Of a stretch of DNA of 24,581 nucleotides, positions 6,974 to 15,422 are shown in pieces. Origin of the DNA: a virus. Its lineage: Duplodnaviria > Caudoviricetes. Position 1 is the stretch's first letter; each line of letters starts with the position of its first letter. The DNA is taken from positions 1 to 24,581 of IMG/VR virus record IMGVR_UViG_3300026196_000024. One strand, written 5' to 3'. The notes beneath the pieces were generated by a model that was given only the letters and a program-made list of their open reading frames with translations, searched no databases and was not told where the DNA came from. A program made the position numbers and the translations under genes.

Positions 6974-8413
6974 ATGGCAATAGCCATGCGCGGAACACCG
7001 CAGACGGCGTACCACGATACGGGGTCTGCGCTCTCGATCTCCAAGCCCTCGGGGGTCGTATCCGGCGACCTGATCGTATTCGCAGTCGGTACTGACTCGG
7101 CTGAAACGCGCACTGGGCCGGCTGGATTCACCTCCAAGTCAGCCACGAATGTTTCCGATCAGCGGCTCCAGATTTGGTACAAGGTCGCAGACGGAACCGA
7201 AGGAGCGAGCTTTTCCTGCGGAGCCGGAGGCGCGAACAGCGCTGGATTCTGCGTTGCCTATTCAGGCGTTGACAACACCACGCCCTTCGACGTAGCGGCA
7301 GGCACGAACGGGTCTGGAACGGGCGCAAGCATCACTGCCGCGAGCATCACGCCGACGACGAACGGCTGTCAGATTCTTTTCGTAGGCTGTCGGGATTCAA
7401 ACAGCAACTCCCCGCAAACCGTTTCTCCGCCCTCGGGAAGTTGGGCGGAACAAGTAGATATTACAGTTGCGGGCGAGACGTGTTGGGCGAACGCGTACCT
7501 CGCGGACTTCAATCAGGCGACCGCAGGGGCCGTAGGCACGACCACGGCCACGGCGTCGAGCACCGCCAACGCCACGAATATCGGCATCCTGCTGGCGCTC
7601 AGGCCGGCATCTGGCGGCGGAACATCAGTAAGCCTTACCGGCCAGTCGAACACGTCTGCTAAAGGCACCTTAGCGCCTTCGTCGTCGTCGGCACTAAGCG
7701 GTTTGGCTGGGACTTCAGCTAAGGGAACACTAGCTCCCAGTTCGTCATATGCCTTGACAGGCATTGAGTCCACAGCAAGCGATGGAACACTTGCTCCATC
7801 TGCCTCTGTTTCAATGAGCGGGCAGGCTGTTTCAGTATCCGAAGGATCGGTTACTCAATCGTTTAGCGTTGGTTTGAGCGGCCTTGAGGCTACGTCTTCT
7901 GCCGGGACGATAACAGCCAGCTCCGGGACAGTTGTTGCGCTATCTGGACTGAGTTCTACGGTAAGCGTTGGGACGTTAGCGCCGTCCGCCATAGTTGTTC
8001 TGACAGGAGAAGAAACGCAGGCGTTGCTCGGGACGATGAGTGCAAGCGGTCCGGCCGCTCAAGCTGCAGTCAGAACAGCAAGCGGCGGTGGTGCGCCGTT
8101 CATGTTGTATGGGGAAGCGCCAAAGAAAGGTAAAAAGGAAAAAGAAATAAGAATTGCTCTAGAAAGGGCGTTTGATGCTTTCAATGATGCTCCGGTAGAG
8201 ATTAAAGCAGAGATTAAGCAGATTATTGCTCCGGTTACGCTGAGTACTACGGCGAATGTGATAAAGGCAGATTTTTCTCAACTCGTAAAACAGAATAAAA
8301 CTGTCAAGCAGTTGATGGATTTATATAAGGCCGAGTTAGTTAGAATGGCTGAAATTGCAAAGAGATTTGACGAGGAAGAGCAGGATGTCGAGCTATTGCT
8401 ACTCGCCGCTTGA
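6974..8413 (+). CDS. Ser/Thr/Gly-rich fibre/appendage-like virion protein
   Basis: Beta-rich N-terminal domain (GDLIVFAV, IWYKVA, YSGVD), seven ~20-aa repeats, charged helical C-terminus ending EEEQDVELLLLAA. Confidence 0.7.
   Translation: MAIAMRGTPQTAYHDTGSALSISKPSGVVSGDLIVFAVGTDSAETRTGPAGFTSKSATNVSDQRLQIWYKVADGTEGASFSCGAGGANSAGFCVAYSGVDNTTPFDVAAGTNGSGTGASITAASITPTTNGCQILFVGCRDSNSNSPQTVSPPSGSWAEQVDITVAGETCWANAYLADFNQATAGAVGTTTATASSTANATNIGILLALRPASGGGTSVSLTGQSNTSAKGTLAPSSSSALSGLAGTSAKGTLAPSSSYALTGIESTASDGTLAPSASVSMSGQAVSVSEGSVTQSFSVGLSGLEATSSAGTITASSGTVVALSGLSSTVSVGTLAPSAIVVLTGEETQALLGTMSASGPAAQAAVRTASGGGAPFMLYGEAPKKGKKEKEIRIALERAFDAFNDAPVEIKAEIKQIIAPVTLSTTANVIKADFSQLVKQNKTVKQLMDLYKAELVRMAEIAKRFDEEEQDVELLLLAA
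7625..8050 (+). repeat. Seven degenerate ~60-nt (20-aa) coding tandem repeats
   Basis: SVSLTGQSNTSAKGTLAPSS / SSALSGLAGTSAKGTLAPSS / SYALTGIESTASDGTLAPSA / SVSMSGQAVSVSEGSVTQSF / SVGLSGLEATSSAGTITASSGT / VVALSGLSSTVSVGTLAPSA / IVVLTGEETQALLGTMSASG. Confidence 0.85.
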
Positions 8414-8415
8414 TT

Positions 8416-8826
8416 ATGCACATCATCGCTCAGCAAGACGCGCGGCTGCTTTTATGGGCCTCGCTCCGACTGGGCATGAAATGGGAGTCGTCGCAAGTGC
8501 GATGGCTGGGTGGTATCCGGGACGGGTCGCTAGTCTTCGTCGTCGTTTATTCGCGCTTCTCGCCTCGCAACTGCGAGCTGACGATAGCGACGGATGGTAC
8601 GGCGAAATGGGCGACGCGCACGAGTCTGAAGGCGATCTTCTACCAGCCTTTCGAGTTGTGGAAGCTTCGCAGGGTGACTTTCGTGGTTCAAAGTGATAAC
8701 GTTAAGTCACTCAAGATGATGCGCCAGTTGGGCGCAGTCGGAGAGGGCCTATGCAGGCACACTTTCGGCGAGCACGTTGATGCGGTTGTGTTCGGAATGC
8801 TGAAAGAGGAATGCAAATGGCTATGA
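8416..8826 (+). CDS. GNAT-family N-acetyltransferase-like protein
   Basis: RimJ/RimL-type C-terminus: F.QPFE..KLRRVT..V..DN.KSLKM..QLG...EG..R...D.VVFGMLKEECKWL. Position ahead of ejection genes resembles P22 gene 14. ORF track starts at TTG 8410. Confidence 0.8.
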   Translation: MHIIAQQDARLLLWASLRLGMKWESSQVRWLGGIRDGSLVFVVVYSRFSPRNCELTIATDGTAKWATRTSLKAIFYQPFELWKLRRVTFVVQSDNVKSLKMMRQLGAVGEGLCRHTFGEHVDAVVFGMLKEECKWL

Positions 8827-9614
8827 GAAAAAGACTCGCTCGCTATAAAGGCGATTACGAACGGCAGAAGTATTGCAGCTTCGACAAAGGCAGTAATCCT
8901 CCTGCCGCCCCCGCCCCGGTAGACCCGAGCGTAGCAATTCAAGCTCAAGCTAAAGCTACCCCGAGCCAATACACGCCTTATGGGAACATCGTCTATTCTG
9001 GTGATCCGAATGTAGCTGGGTCGTACAAAGCCACAACGACGCTATCTCCAGAACAACAGAGTCTTCTGGATGCCAAGCAGCAGATCGCCCAGTCTCTAGC
9101 CGGTCGAGCTTCTAAAGGTCTGGAGGGAATCCCGGTCAACTGGTCATACAACGGGGCTTCAGATCCAGTATCGAATCAAGCCTTCCAGGCTCAGAAGGCT
9201 TTGCTCGATCCGGTCTGGCAGATGAACCAACAGCGGGAGCAGCAAAGGCTGGTTAATCAAGGCATCCCCGAGGGTTCGGATGCCTATAACGAAGCGATGA
9301 GGCAGTTTTCTGTTAATCAGAATGAGGCCTATCGACAAGCAGCGGCAGGAGCAGAACAGCAGGGTTTCAACCAGGCATTAGGCAGTCGGCAGCAGAACCT
9401 TAACGAAGTCGCTCAGGCTTTGGGCGGTCAGATTATCCCTCCGGGAAGTGCTGGGGGTGGGGTGGATGTCACTCCAGCTTATGGAGCGAACCAAGCCGGT
9501 CAGAACACGCAATATCAGGGTCAATTGGCCGGATATAACGCTGGGGTGGCTGGGAATAACGCCAATGCTGGCGGATTGTTCAGCCTCGGTGCGGCGGCCA
9601 TAACAGCGTTTTAA
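8817..9614 (+). CDS. Putative DNA ejection / internal virion protein 1 (P22 gp7-like position)
   Basis: K...PPAAPAPVDP N-terminus, Q.TPYG.I.Y, LSPEQQ.L, L.NQGI..GS.AY..AM, Gly/Ala-rich hydrophobic C-terminus. Start is 8811, 8817 or 8823. Confidence 0.65.
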   Translation: MAMRKRLARYKGDYERQKYCSFDKGSNPPAAPAPVDPSVAIQAQAKATPSQYTPYGNIVYSGDPNVAGSYKATTTLSPEQQSLLDAKQQIAQSLAGRASKGLEGIPVNWSYNGASDPVSNQAFQAQKALLDPVWQMNQQREQQRLVNQGIPEGSDAYNEAMRQFSVNQNEAYRQAAAGAEQQGFNQALGSRQQNLNEVAQALGGQIIPPGSAGGGVDVTPAYGANQAGQNTQYQGQLAGYNAGVAGNNANAGGLFSLGAAAITAF

Positions 9615-9616
9615 CG

Positions 9617-10303
9617 ATGAAAGCTCTTGCATTCTCAGGTGGCAAAGACTCAATGGCTTGCTGGTTCCTAACCAGGAGAGAAAAGCCGCTTGTTATTTGG
9701 GTGAATACTGGGAAAGCGTATCCAGAAACTCTAGCGATTATCGAAATGGTAAGAAAGGAGAGCGAATTTTTAGAGGTGCGCAGTGACCGTGATTTGCAGA
9801 ACTCAATAAATGGGATTCCTTCTGACATCGTGCCGATAGACAGCACGCTATACGGTAGGCAATTCGTTAAGTCGCAAGGAATTGTGGTGCAGAGTTATCT
9901 TCAATGCTGCTACGAAAATATATCGCGGCCTCTGCATGAGGCTGCAAAGAAAGCAGGGGTTACGGAGTTAATTCGTGGGCAGAGGATAGATGAGTCACAT
10001 GTTGCTCCATGTAGAAATGGAGAAGTGGTGGACGGCATTGTTTACAGGCATCCGATAGAAAACTGGACAAAGGATGAAGTGCTTGCGTATCTAGCTACAA
10101 AAATGGACGTTCCGGAACATTATGCACTTGAGCATTCATCTCTGGATTGCTATGACTGCACGGCTTTTCTGGAACACTCTAAAGACCGTTTTTTATGGAC
10201 GAAGATACGCCATCCTGTTTTAGCCGAGGAACATAGGATCAGGCTAGAGTCTTTGCGTGAGGCCATTGCGCCAAGTATGGCGGCGCTTAACTGGATGAGT
10301 TGA
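9617..10303 (+). CDS. APS/PAPS reductase-family (PP-loop) protein
   Basis: AFSGGKDS PP-loop, NTG.AYPET, RGQR.DES, PIENWT..EV, plus C97-C98 and C178-x-x-C181. Confidence 0.88.
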   Translation: MKALAFSGGKDSMACWFLTRREKPLVIWVNTGKAYPETLAIIEMVRKESEFLEVRSDRDLQNSINGIPSDIVPIDSTLYGRQFVKSQGIVVQSYLQCCYENISRPLHEAAKKAGVTELIRGQRIDESHVAPCRNGEVVDGIVYRHPIENWTKDEVLAYLATKMDVPEHYALEHSSLDCYDCTAFLEHSKDRFLWTKIRHPVLAEEHRIRLESLREAIAPSMAALNWMS

Positions 10304-10304
10304 T

Positions 10305-11537
10305 ATGGCTAATCTCGATCCCTACTCGCTGGAAGCCCAGAAGATCGCCCGTCATAGGGCTATTGCCGATGCGTTGATCAAGCAGTCCCAAGAGCCTCTG
10401 GGTAATACCCAGATGGTATCCGGGGTCGCGGTGCCGTTTTCCCCTTTACAGGGATTGGCGAAGCTTGGCGAAGCCTACGCGGGGACGAAGGTCAACCAGC
10501 AACAGGATCAGGCTACTCAGGCTCTGGCGGATAAGAGGAAGTCTGATATTGCCAAAGCCATCTCGGACTACCAGCGGGCGACGACCCCAAGGCCGGGAAT
10601 GGAGGCCACGGACACTAACCCGACAGGTGGACCGGCTTTCAATCCCACGCCCCAAGATAGACAGTCTGCTGCATTAACGCTCATGGGTCAGGTTGGCGAC
10701 CCTGCGGATGCAGCGAAAATGATGGTTGCTCAAGCCATGACGCCGGAGAAATACACGACGGTTTCTCCTGGATCTTCGATCTACAGGACTGGATCGAGCG
10801 GGCCTGAGAAGGTTGCTACGGCCCCTGATAAACCTGCAACGGCTCCGTCTTCTGTGCAGGCTTACGAGTATGCCAAGGGTCAGGGTTATACCGGGACGTT
10901 CGAGCAGTGGCAACTCGCTCAGAGGAAAGCTGGCGCATCCAGGATAGATGTAAATACTGCCGGCGAGACTGCCTATGCTAAAGCTTTGGGAAGCAAGACG
11001 GCTGAAAACGATATTGCTCAATACAAGGCTGCTGAGAAAGCGCCGGATAACGTAGCGAAGCTCGACAACCTCATAAAGCAGTTGAGGACTTCGGACGCTA
11101 TTACAGGCCCTGGCGCTAACGTGATTTTGAATATAAAACGTGCGCAGCAGTTCTTTATGGGCGAGAAGAACGCAGGACGGCAGGTATCCGACACTCAATT
11201 GCTGGATGCCATGCTTGGTTCCGACGTATTCCCGATGATTCAGGAGTTGGGTATCGGGGCTCGTGGCATGGACACTCCTGCTGAACGGGATTTCTTGCGT
11301 AAGGTGTTTACGGGAACAATCGACGTAAACAAGGATACGCTAATCAAGATGACGGAGATCAGGAGAGCCGTAGCTGCTCGGGCCGCAGAGAAGTGGAACA
11401 AGCGTGTCCGCTCCGGTGAACTTGATCGGTACTTCAAGCAAATTGGGGCTCCGAAGCAGGAGATTCAGATCCCGGAAATGCCTGCTGTTCAATCTGTGCC
11501 CAGTATTGACGATTTGGTGAATAAGTACACGCAATAA
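10305..11537 (+). CDS. Putative DNA ejection / internal virion protein 2
   Basis: 410 aa, Ala/Gln-rich and helical. QMVSG..VP.SP.QGLAKL and YEYAK.QGY.GTF segments. Coupled to the next gene. Confidence 0.6.
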   Translation: MANLDPYSLEAQKIARHRAIADALIKQSQEPLGNTQMVSGVAVPFSPLQGLAKLGEAYAGTKVNQQQDQATQALADKRKSDIAKAISDYQRATTPRPGMEATDTNPTGGPAFNPTPQDRQSAALTLMGQVGDPADAAKMMVAQAMTPEKYTTVSPGSSIYRTGSSGPEKVATAPDKPATAPSSVQAYEYAKGQGYTGTFEQWQLAQRKAGASRIDVNTAGETAYAKALGSKTAENDIAQYKAAEKAPDNVAKLDNLIKQLRTSDAITGPGANVILNIKRAQQFFMGEKNAGRQVSDTQLLDAMLGSDVFPMIQELGIGARGMDTPAERDFLRKVFTGTIDVNKDTLIKMTEIRRAVAARAAEKWNKRVRSGELDRYFKQIGAPKQEIQIPEMPAVQSVPSIDDLVNKYTQ

Positions 11538-13678
11538 TGGCTAGCCTCGATCAAATGAAGCAGGCGCTTATCAAAGCCAACGCGGCGGGTAACGTCGAGG
11601 ATGCCAGGGCTTTGGCAATGGCGATCAAGCAAGCTTCTACTCCCTCTACGCCAGATGCTATAGACCAAGGTGCTATCGAGGCGATGAAGCCCACGGCCTT
11701 GGAGCGGTTCGGTAGAGGGGCTGAAGACGTTGTGCAAGGTGTTAAACAGCTCTATCAACATGCTGTCGGTACTCCAGAAGACGCCGCTGCGATTGACAAG
11801 ACCATTCAGGAGCAAAACGCCCAATACGAGAAAGGAAGGTCTATCGGGCTTCAACCAGGAGAAAAGCCCAAGTTCGACTGGATGAGACTAGGTGGAAACG
11901 TAGCCGCTACGGCTCCGGTAATGCTTATTCCTGGTGGTGCAGCTCCTGGGGTGCTTGCTAGGGGCGCTTCGATGGCCGCTCAAGGCGGTGCTGCAGCAGC
12001 AGCGATGCCGGTAACAGGAGATGGGAACTTTCTGACTCAGAAAGCTGTTCAAACGGGAATCGGTGCGGTGACGGCTCCGCTAGCTGGGTTTGGTCTTCAG
12101 AAGCTTGGTAATTTCATCGGTAACAAAGTCGTTCGTCCTGGAATGGCTTTAGCCAGACGTGGTACTGCTGCGATTGAAGGCAAAGCAATCAATCCCAACG
12201 CTGTGATGAATGCGGACGGGACTTTTACTCAAGCCGGTGCCGAGGCCATGAAAAAGCTCGGTATTACGGTGGATGACTTGCACGATGATGCTATCAGGGC
12301 ATTGCAGAAAGCTGCTTCGAGCGCAACCAAGGAAGCAAAGGCTTTAACTCCAGAGCAGCAGATTCGAGCCGCGATGATCCATGATGTGACCGGAGAACCC
12401 GCGACATTAGGGCAGGTAACAAGAGACTTCGCCCAACAGCAGACCGAGCAGGAACTGAAAAAGATCAACGTGGTCGGGACGGAGTTGAGGTCTCGCTTTG
12501 CCAAGCAGAATGCTGGTCTTCTCAAGAATTTTCAGGACATCAAGACCCAGACCGGAGGCATGGCCCCCAATGAGTATCAAGCCGGGAATCTTGTCTCGGA
12601 TGCAGTCAAGACTTCTGAGGCTACGAAAGACTCGGCAGTATCCAATCTGTACAAGGCATACAGAAATTCGGGTGGGGCCGATGCGGCGATCCCGGATAAA
12701 GCTATTGCCGACCGGCTTGGGACGGTTGCTGATGAGATTGGCACGGAAAACATCCCGTCCCCGGTTCTTTCAAGGCTCAAGGAATTTGGCTTTCTTGGAG
12801 GCACGCGAACGAAGCTACTCACGGTCAACGAAGCGGATAAGTTGAACCGGCTGATCAACAACAACAACCCTGGGTTTGGGCCTGCTTCCAAGGCTTTGAG
12901 GGAGCTTAAAGACTCGCTCAATGAAGCTTTGATCTCTGCCCCGGATGAAGGAGCGAGTGCTTCAAAGGCTCTAATCGAGGCCAGGAAGGCCGCTGCTGCG
13001 TCCTTTAAGCAGAAGGATATACCTGCAGTCAGAGCGATTCTGGACGGCAAGGTGAGACCTGAGGACATCTACGATAAGTTCGTGAGGAAGGGCGGAATAG
13101 ACGACCTTACGCAGCTTAAAGACTATCTCGGTAAAGGTCCGGCTCCTGGGGCATGGAATGAGTTGAGATCCCAGACCCTTGAAGACGTGTTCCAAAGGGC
13201 CACCAGAAGGGCGGCTAAGGATGAGTTGGACAACGTGCTATTTTCCGGCGCTCAGTTCAAAAAGGCTGTGGATAGTTTAGGTGAGGAAAAGCTGAAGGTC
13301 TTATTCACACCTGAGGAGCTTGCGAAGCTGGACCGTCTTTCCAAGGTCGCGGAGTGGCGTATTCCGATGGCCGATGTGGTCAATACCTCGAATACCTCTA
13401 GCGCCATGTGGAACATGATCGACAAGATGCTTGCCTACCTCCCTGGAAGGTCTGGGATGGTTCTTAGAGGCATGGGAAGGATGGGGCAGATCGGGGCGCA
13501 GCAGATCGAACAGGAAGCGGCTGCCAAGGCTGCGATGGTTCCAGAAGCGACGATTTCCGGGCAGGCTGAAAAAGCTGCCAGAGAGGGCACTGCAGCCACA
13601 GTCAGGAAGGCTTCCAACATGCTCCGAGGCCCTAGCTTTTTCTCGCTGGGTACTGAGAGGCAGAGGAACGCACAATGA
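11537..13678 (+). CDS. Putative large DNA ejection / internal virion protein 3
   Basis: 713 aa. N-terminal ALIKANAAG..EDAR.LA..I motif, Gly/Ala-rich hydrophobic stretch, T.GQ.TRD, C-terminal VNTSNTSS. Confidence 0.6.
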   Translation: MASLDQMKQALIKANAAGNVEDARALAMAIKQASTPSTPDAIDQGAIEAMKPTALERFGRGAEDVVQGVKQLYQHAVGTPEDAAAIDKTIQEQNAQYEKGRSIGLQPGEKPKFDWMRLGGNVAATAPVMLIPGGAAPGVLARGASMAAQGGAAAAAMPVTGDGNFLTQKAVQTGIGAVTAPLAGFGLQKLGNFIGNKVVRPGMALARRGTAAIEGKAINPNAVMNADGTFTQAGAEAMKKLGITVDDLHDDAIRALQKAASSATKEAKALTPEQQIRAAMIHDVTGEPATLGQVTRDFAQQQTEQELKKINVVGTELRSRFAKQNAGLLKNFQDIKTQTGGMAPNEYQAGNLVSDAVKTSEATKDSAVSNLYKAYRNSGGADAAIPDKAIADRLGTVADEIGTENIPSPVLSRLKEFGFLGGTRTKLLTVNEADKLNRLINNNNPGFGPASKALRELKDSLNEALISAPDEGASASKALIEARKAAAASFKQKDIPAVRAILDGKVRPEDIYDKFVRKGGIDDLTQLKDYLGKGPAPGAWNELRSQTLEDVFQRATRRAAKDELDNVLFSGAQFKKAVDSLGEEKLKVLFTPEELAKLDRLSKVAEWRIPMADVVNTSNTSSAMWNMIDKMLAYLPGRSGMVLRGMGRMGQIGAQQIEQEAAAKAAMVPEATISGQAEKAAREGTAATVRKASNMLRGPSFFSLGTERQRNAQ

Positions 13679-13934
13679 AGAAGCTTCTTATCCCGTCTAG
13701 CATGGTTTCTTTTGGGACAACGAGAAACCCGAGCGGAAATATCAAGCTGACAGGTAAAAGAGCCAACGAGATTCCAAAGGCCATGTATGCGATGAAGATC
13801 AACGGTGCTGAATCAGACTTCATCAGTAAATCTGACGACCCGCCGAGGCTGAAAACAAGGATCAGCGCGAGAGGCCAGAAGATCGTCGCAGCCCTCAAAG
13901 ACAGTTGTATTCTTGTGCCTATCGGCTCTAACAC
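13632..13934 (-). CDS. Small inner-membrane protein on the antisense strand (superinfection-exclusion candidate)
   Basis: Two hydrophobic segments (AATIFWPLALILVFSL; LIFIAYMAFGISLALLPVSLIFPLGFLVV). Convergent with the last ejection gene. Confidence 0.55.
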   Translation of the reverse strand: MLEPIGTRIQLSLRAATIFWPLALILVFSLGGSSDLLMKSDSAPLIFIAYMAFGISLALLPVSLIFPLGFLVVPKETMLDGIRSFFIVRSSASQYPARKS

Positions 13935-13940
13935 GGTGAT

Positions 13941-13949
13941 AGCATAACA
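13941..13949 (-). promoter_or_regulatory. Extended -10 promoter candidate
   Basis: TG-T-TATGCT on the minus strand, separated by 6 nt from the GTG at 13934. Confidence 0.35.
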
Positions 13950-13951
13950 CT

Positions 13952-14317
13952 ATGCCGACTTACGTCTACCGCTGTCCTTTCTGTCTTGAAGAGCAGGAAG
14001 CCTTCAAAACTATTGCCGAGCGCAATGACGCTCCGGAATGCCACAACAGGAAGATGGAACGGGTGATCAAGCCGACGATGGTTTCGGTCTTTAATCCTTA
14101 CCGAGCTGTGGCGGTGGATAAAGAGACCGGGAAAAGGCCGCTCATTCGCTCAAAGTCTGAACATGAGGCTTTTCTAAGGCGAAACGGTTATGAGGAGGTC
14201 GGAAACGACAAAAGTATGGCCCCGCCTACGAAAGAGCAGGCAGAGGCGACGAAGAAGGAGAAGCTGAAGGAAGAAAGCTTTGTATTCAATGACATTAACC
14301 ACGAAGCCACCCTGTAG
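13952..14317 (+). CDS. FmdB-family-like zinc-ribbon protein
   Basis: MPTYVYRCPFC...PECH..KMERVI, with C-terminal I.SKSEH..FLRRNG..EVGND. Confidence 0.8.
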   Translation: MPTYVYRCPFCLEEQEAFKTIAERNDAPECHNRKMERVIKPTMVSVFNPYRAVAVDKETGKRPLIRSKSEHEAFLRRNGYEEVGNDKSMAPPTKEQAEATKKEKLKEESFVFNDINHEATL

Positions 14318-14325
14318 AGGATGAT

Positions 14326-15408
14326 ATGGAAAAAGAAGAAGGCAGCCTAGACCAAGGCTCAGCCGGCGAAGACACGCTGCGTTCGTCGCTGGAAAAACAC
14401 TATGACGATTCTGAGAAGGCTTCTGTAGAAGCCGAGCCGGATGTAAGCGCGGCTGCTAAGACCCTTGCCTCTGCCCGGAAGGAAAAAGAGCCTGCCGAAA
14501 TGGACAAGGAAGGCGCTGAGACCGCCTCAGAGGATGTTAAGGCTACCGAGACCACAGAAACTCCCAAAGAGGCTCAGGAAGCCACAGAACAAGCCCTGGA
14601 GGCTCCCCAACACTGGCCTGCCAATGACCGGGAGTTGTTCGGCAAACAGCCTAAAGAGGTTCAGACGTGGCTTTTGAACCGTCATAAGGCTATGGAGGCC
14701 GACTACACGAGAAAGACCCAGGAAGTCGCTCCGATGAGGCGACTTAAGGAGGGTCTGGACGAAGTTTTCGCACCTTTCAGGGAAAAGATGGCTCTGGACG
14801 GTATAGACGAAATGGGCGCGATCAAGCAGTTAGTCGCCGCTCACACCTACTTGCAGCGCAGCCCTCAAGAGGCTATCGGATGGCTTGCGCAGCAATACGG
14901 AATCGACCTTAACCAGGTCGTACAGGGGACAGGTGAACAGACTTTACCCCCCCAATTCGCAAAGCTTCAGGAGTCTGTTCAACGACAGGAACGGATCATC
15001 CAGGAGACGCTTCAAAGGCAGGAAAAAGAGCAGTTAAACGCCAATCTATCGCAGGTAGAGCAATTCGCCGATCAGAAAGACGCCCAAGGAAAGCCGTTAC
15101 ACGTTCACTTCGACGACGTTGCCCAGGACGTGGCAAAGATGTTGAAGGCGGGGATTGCGGAAAACCTGCAGGACGCCTATGACCGGGCCATTCACGCCAA
15201 TCCTCAAGTTCGCCAGAAGGTGCTTGCAGCCCAGGAAGCCGAGCGCCGGGCGAAGGACGAGGCTGAGCGTAAAAAGAAAGCGGCCGAAGCGAAACAAGCC
15301 GGCTTCGATGTGAAGGGTGAAGGTGCCGCTGGAGCAGTTTCAGCGGAATCCCAATCGTTACGCGCCTCGCTTGAAAAAGCATGGGATGCTCAAGAGGGCC
15401 GCGTATGA
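14326..15408 (+). CDS. Capsid scaffolding protein
   Basis: Acidic N-terminus and helical body directly before the capsid gene. LRSSLE at the N-terminus and LRASLE at the C-terminus, ADYTRKTQE, LQDAYDRAI.ANP.VR. Confidence 0.8.
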   Translation: MEKEEGSLDQGSAGEDTLRSSLEKHYDDSEKASVEAEPDVSAAAKTLASARKEKEPAEMDKEGAETASEDVKATETTETPKEAQEATEQALEAPQHWPANDRELFGKQPKEVQTWLLNRHKAMEADYTRKTQEVAPMRRLKEGLDEVFAPFREKMALDGIDEMGAIKQLVAAHTYLQRSPQEAIGWLAQQYGIDLNQVVQGTGEQTLPPQFAKLQESVQRQERIIQETLQRQEKEQLNANLSQVEQFADQKDAQGKPLHVHFDDVAQDVAKMLKAGIAENLQDAYDRAIHANPQVRQKVLAAQEAERRAKDEAERKKKAAEAKQAGFDVKGEGAAGAVSAESQSLRASLEKAWDAQEGRV

Positions 15409-15422
15409 ACAGGAGGCCTTAA

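Noticed and set aside
9617-10303. Dnd/Ssp phosphorothioation system or a bona fide cysH
   Set aside because: No dndA/B/D/E, ssp or other sulfur-pathway genes in the window and no evident ECGLH-type terminal motif, so only a family-level call is made.
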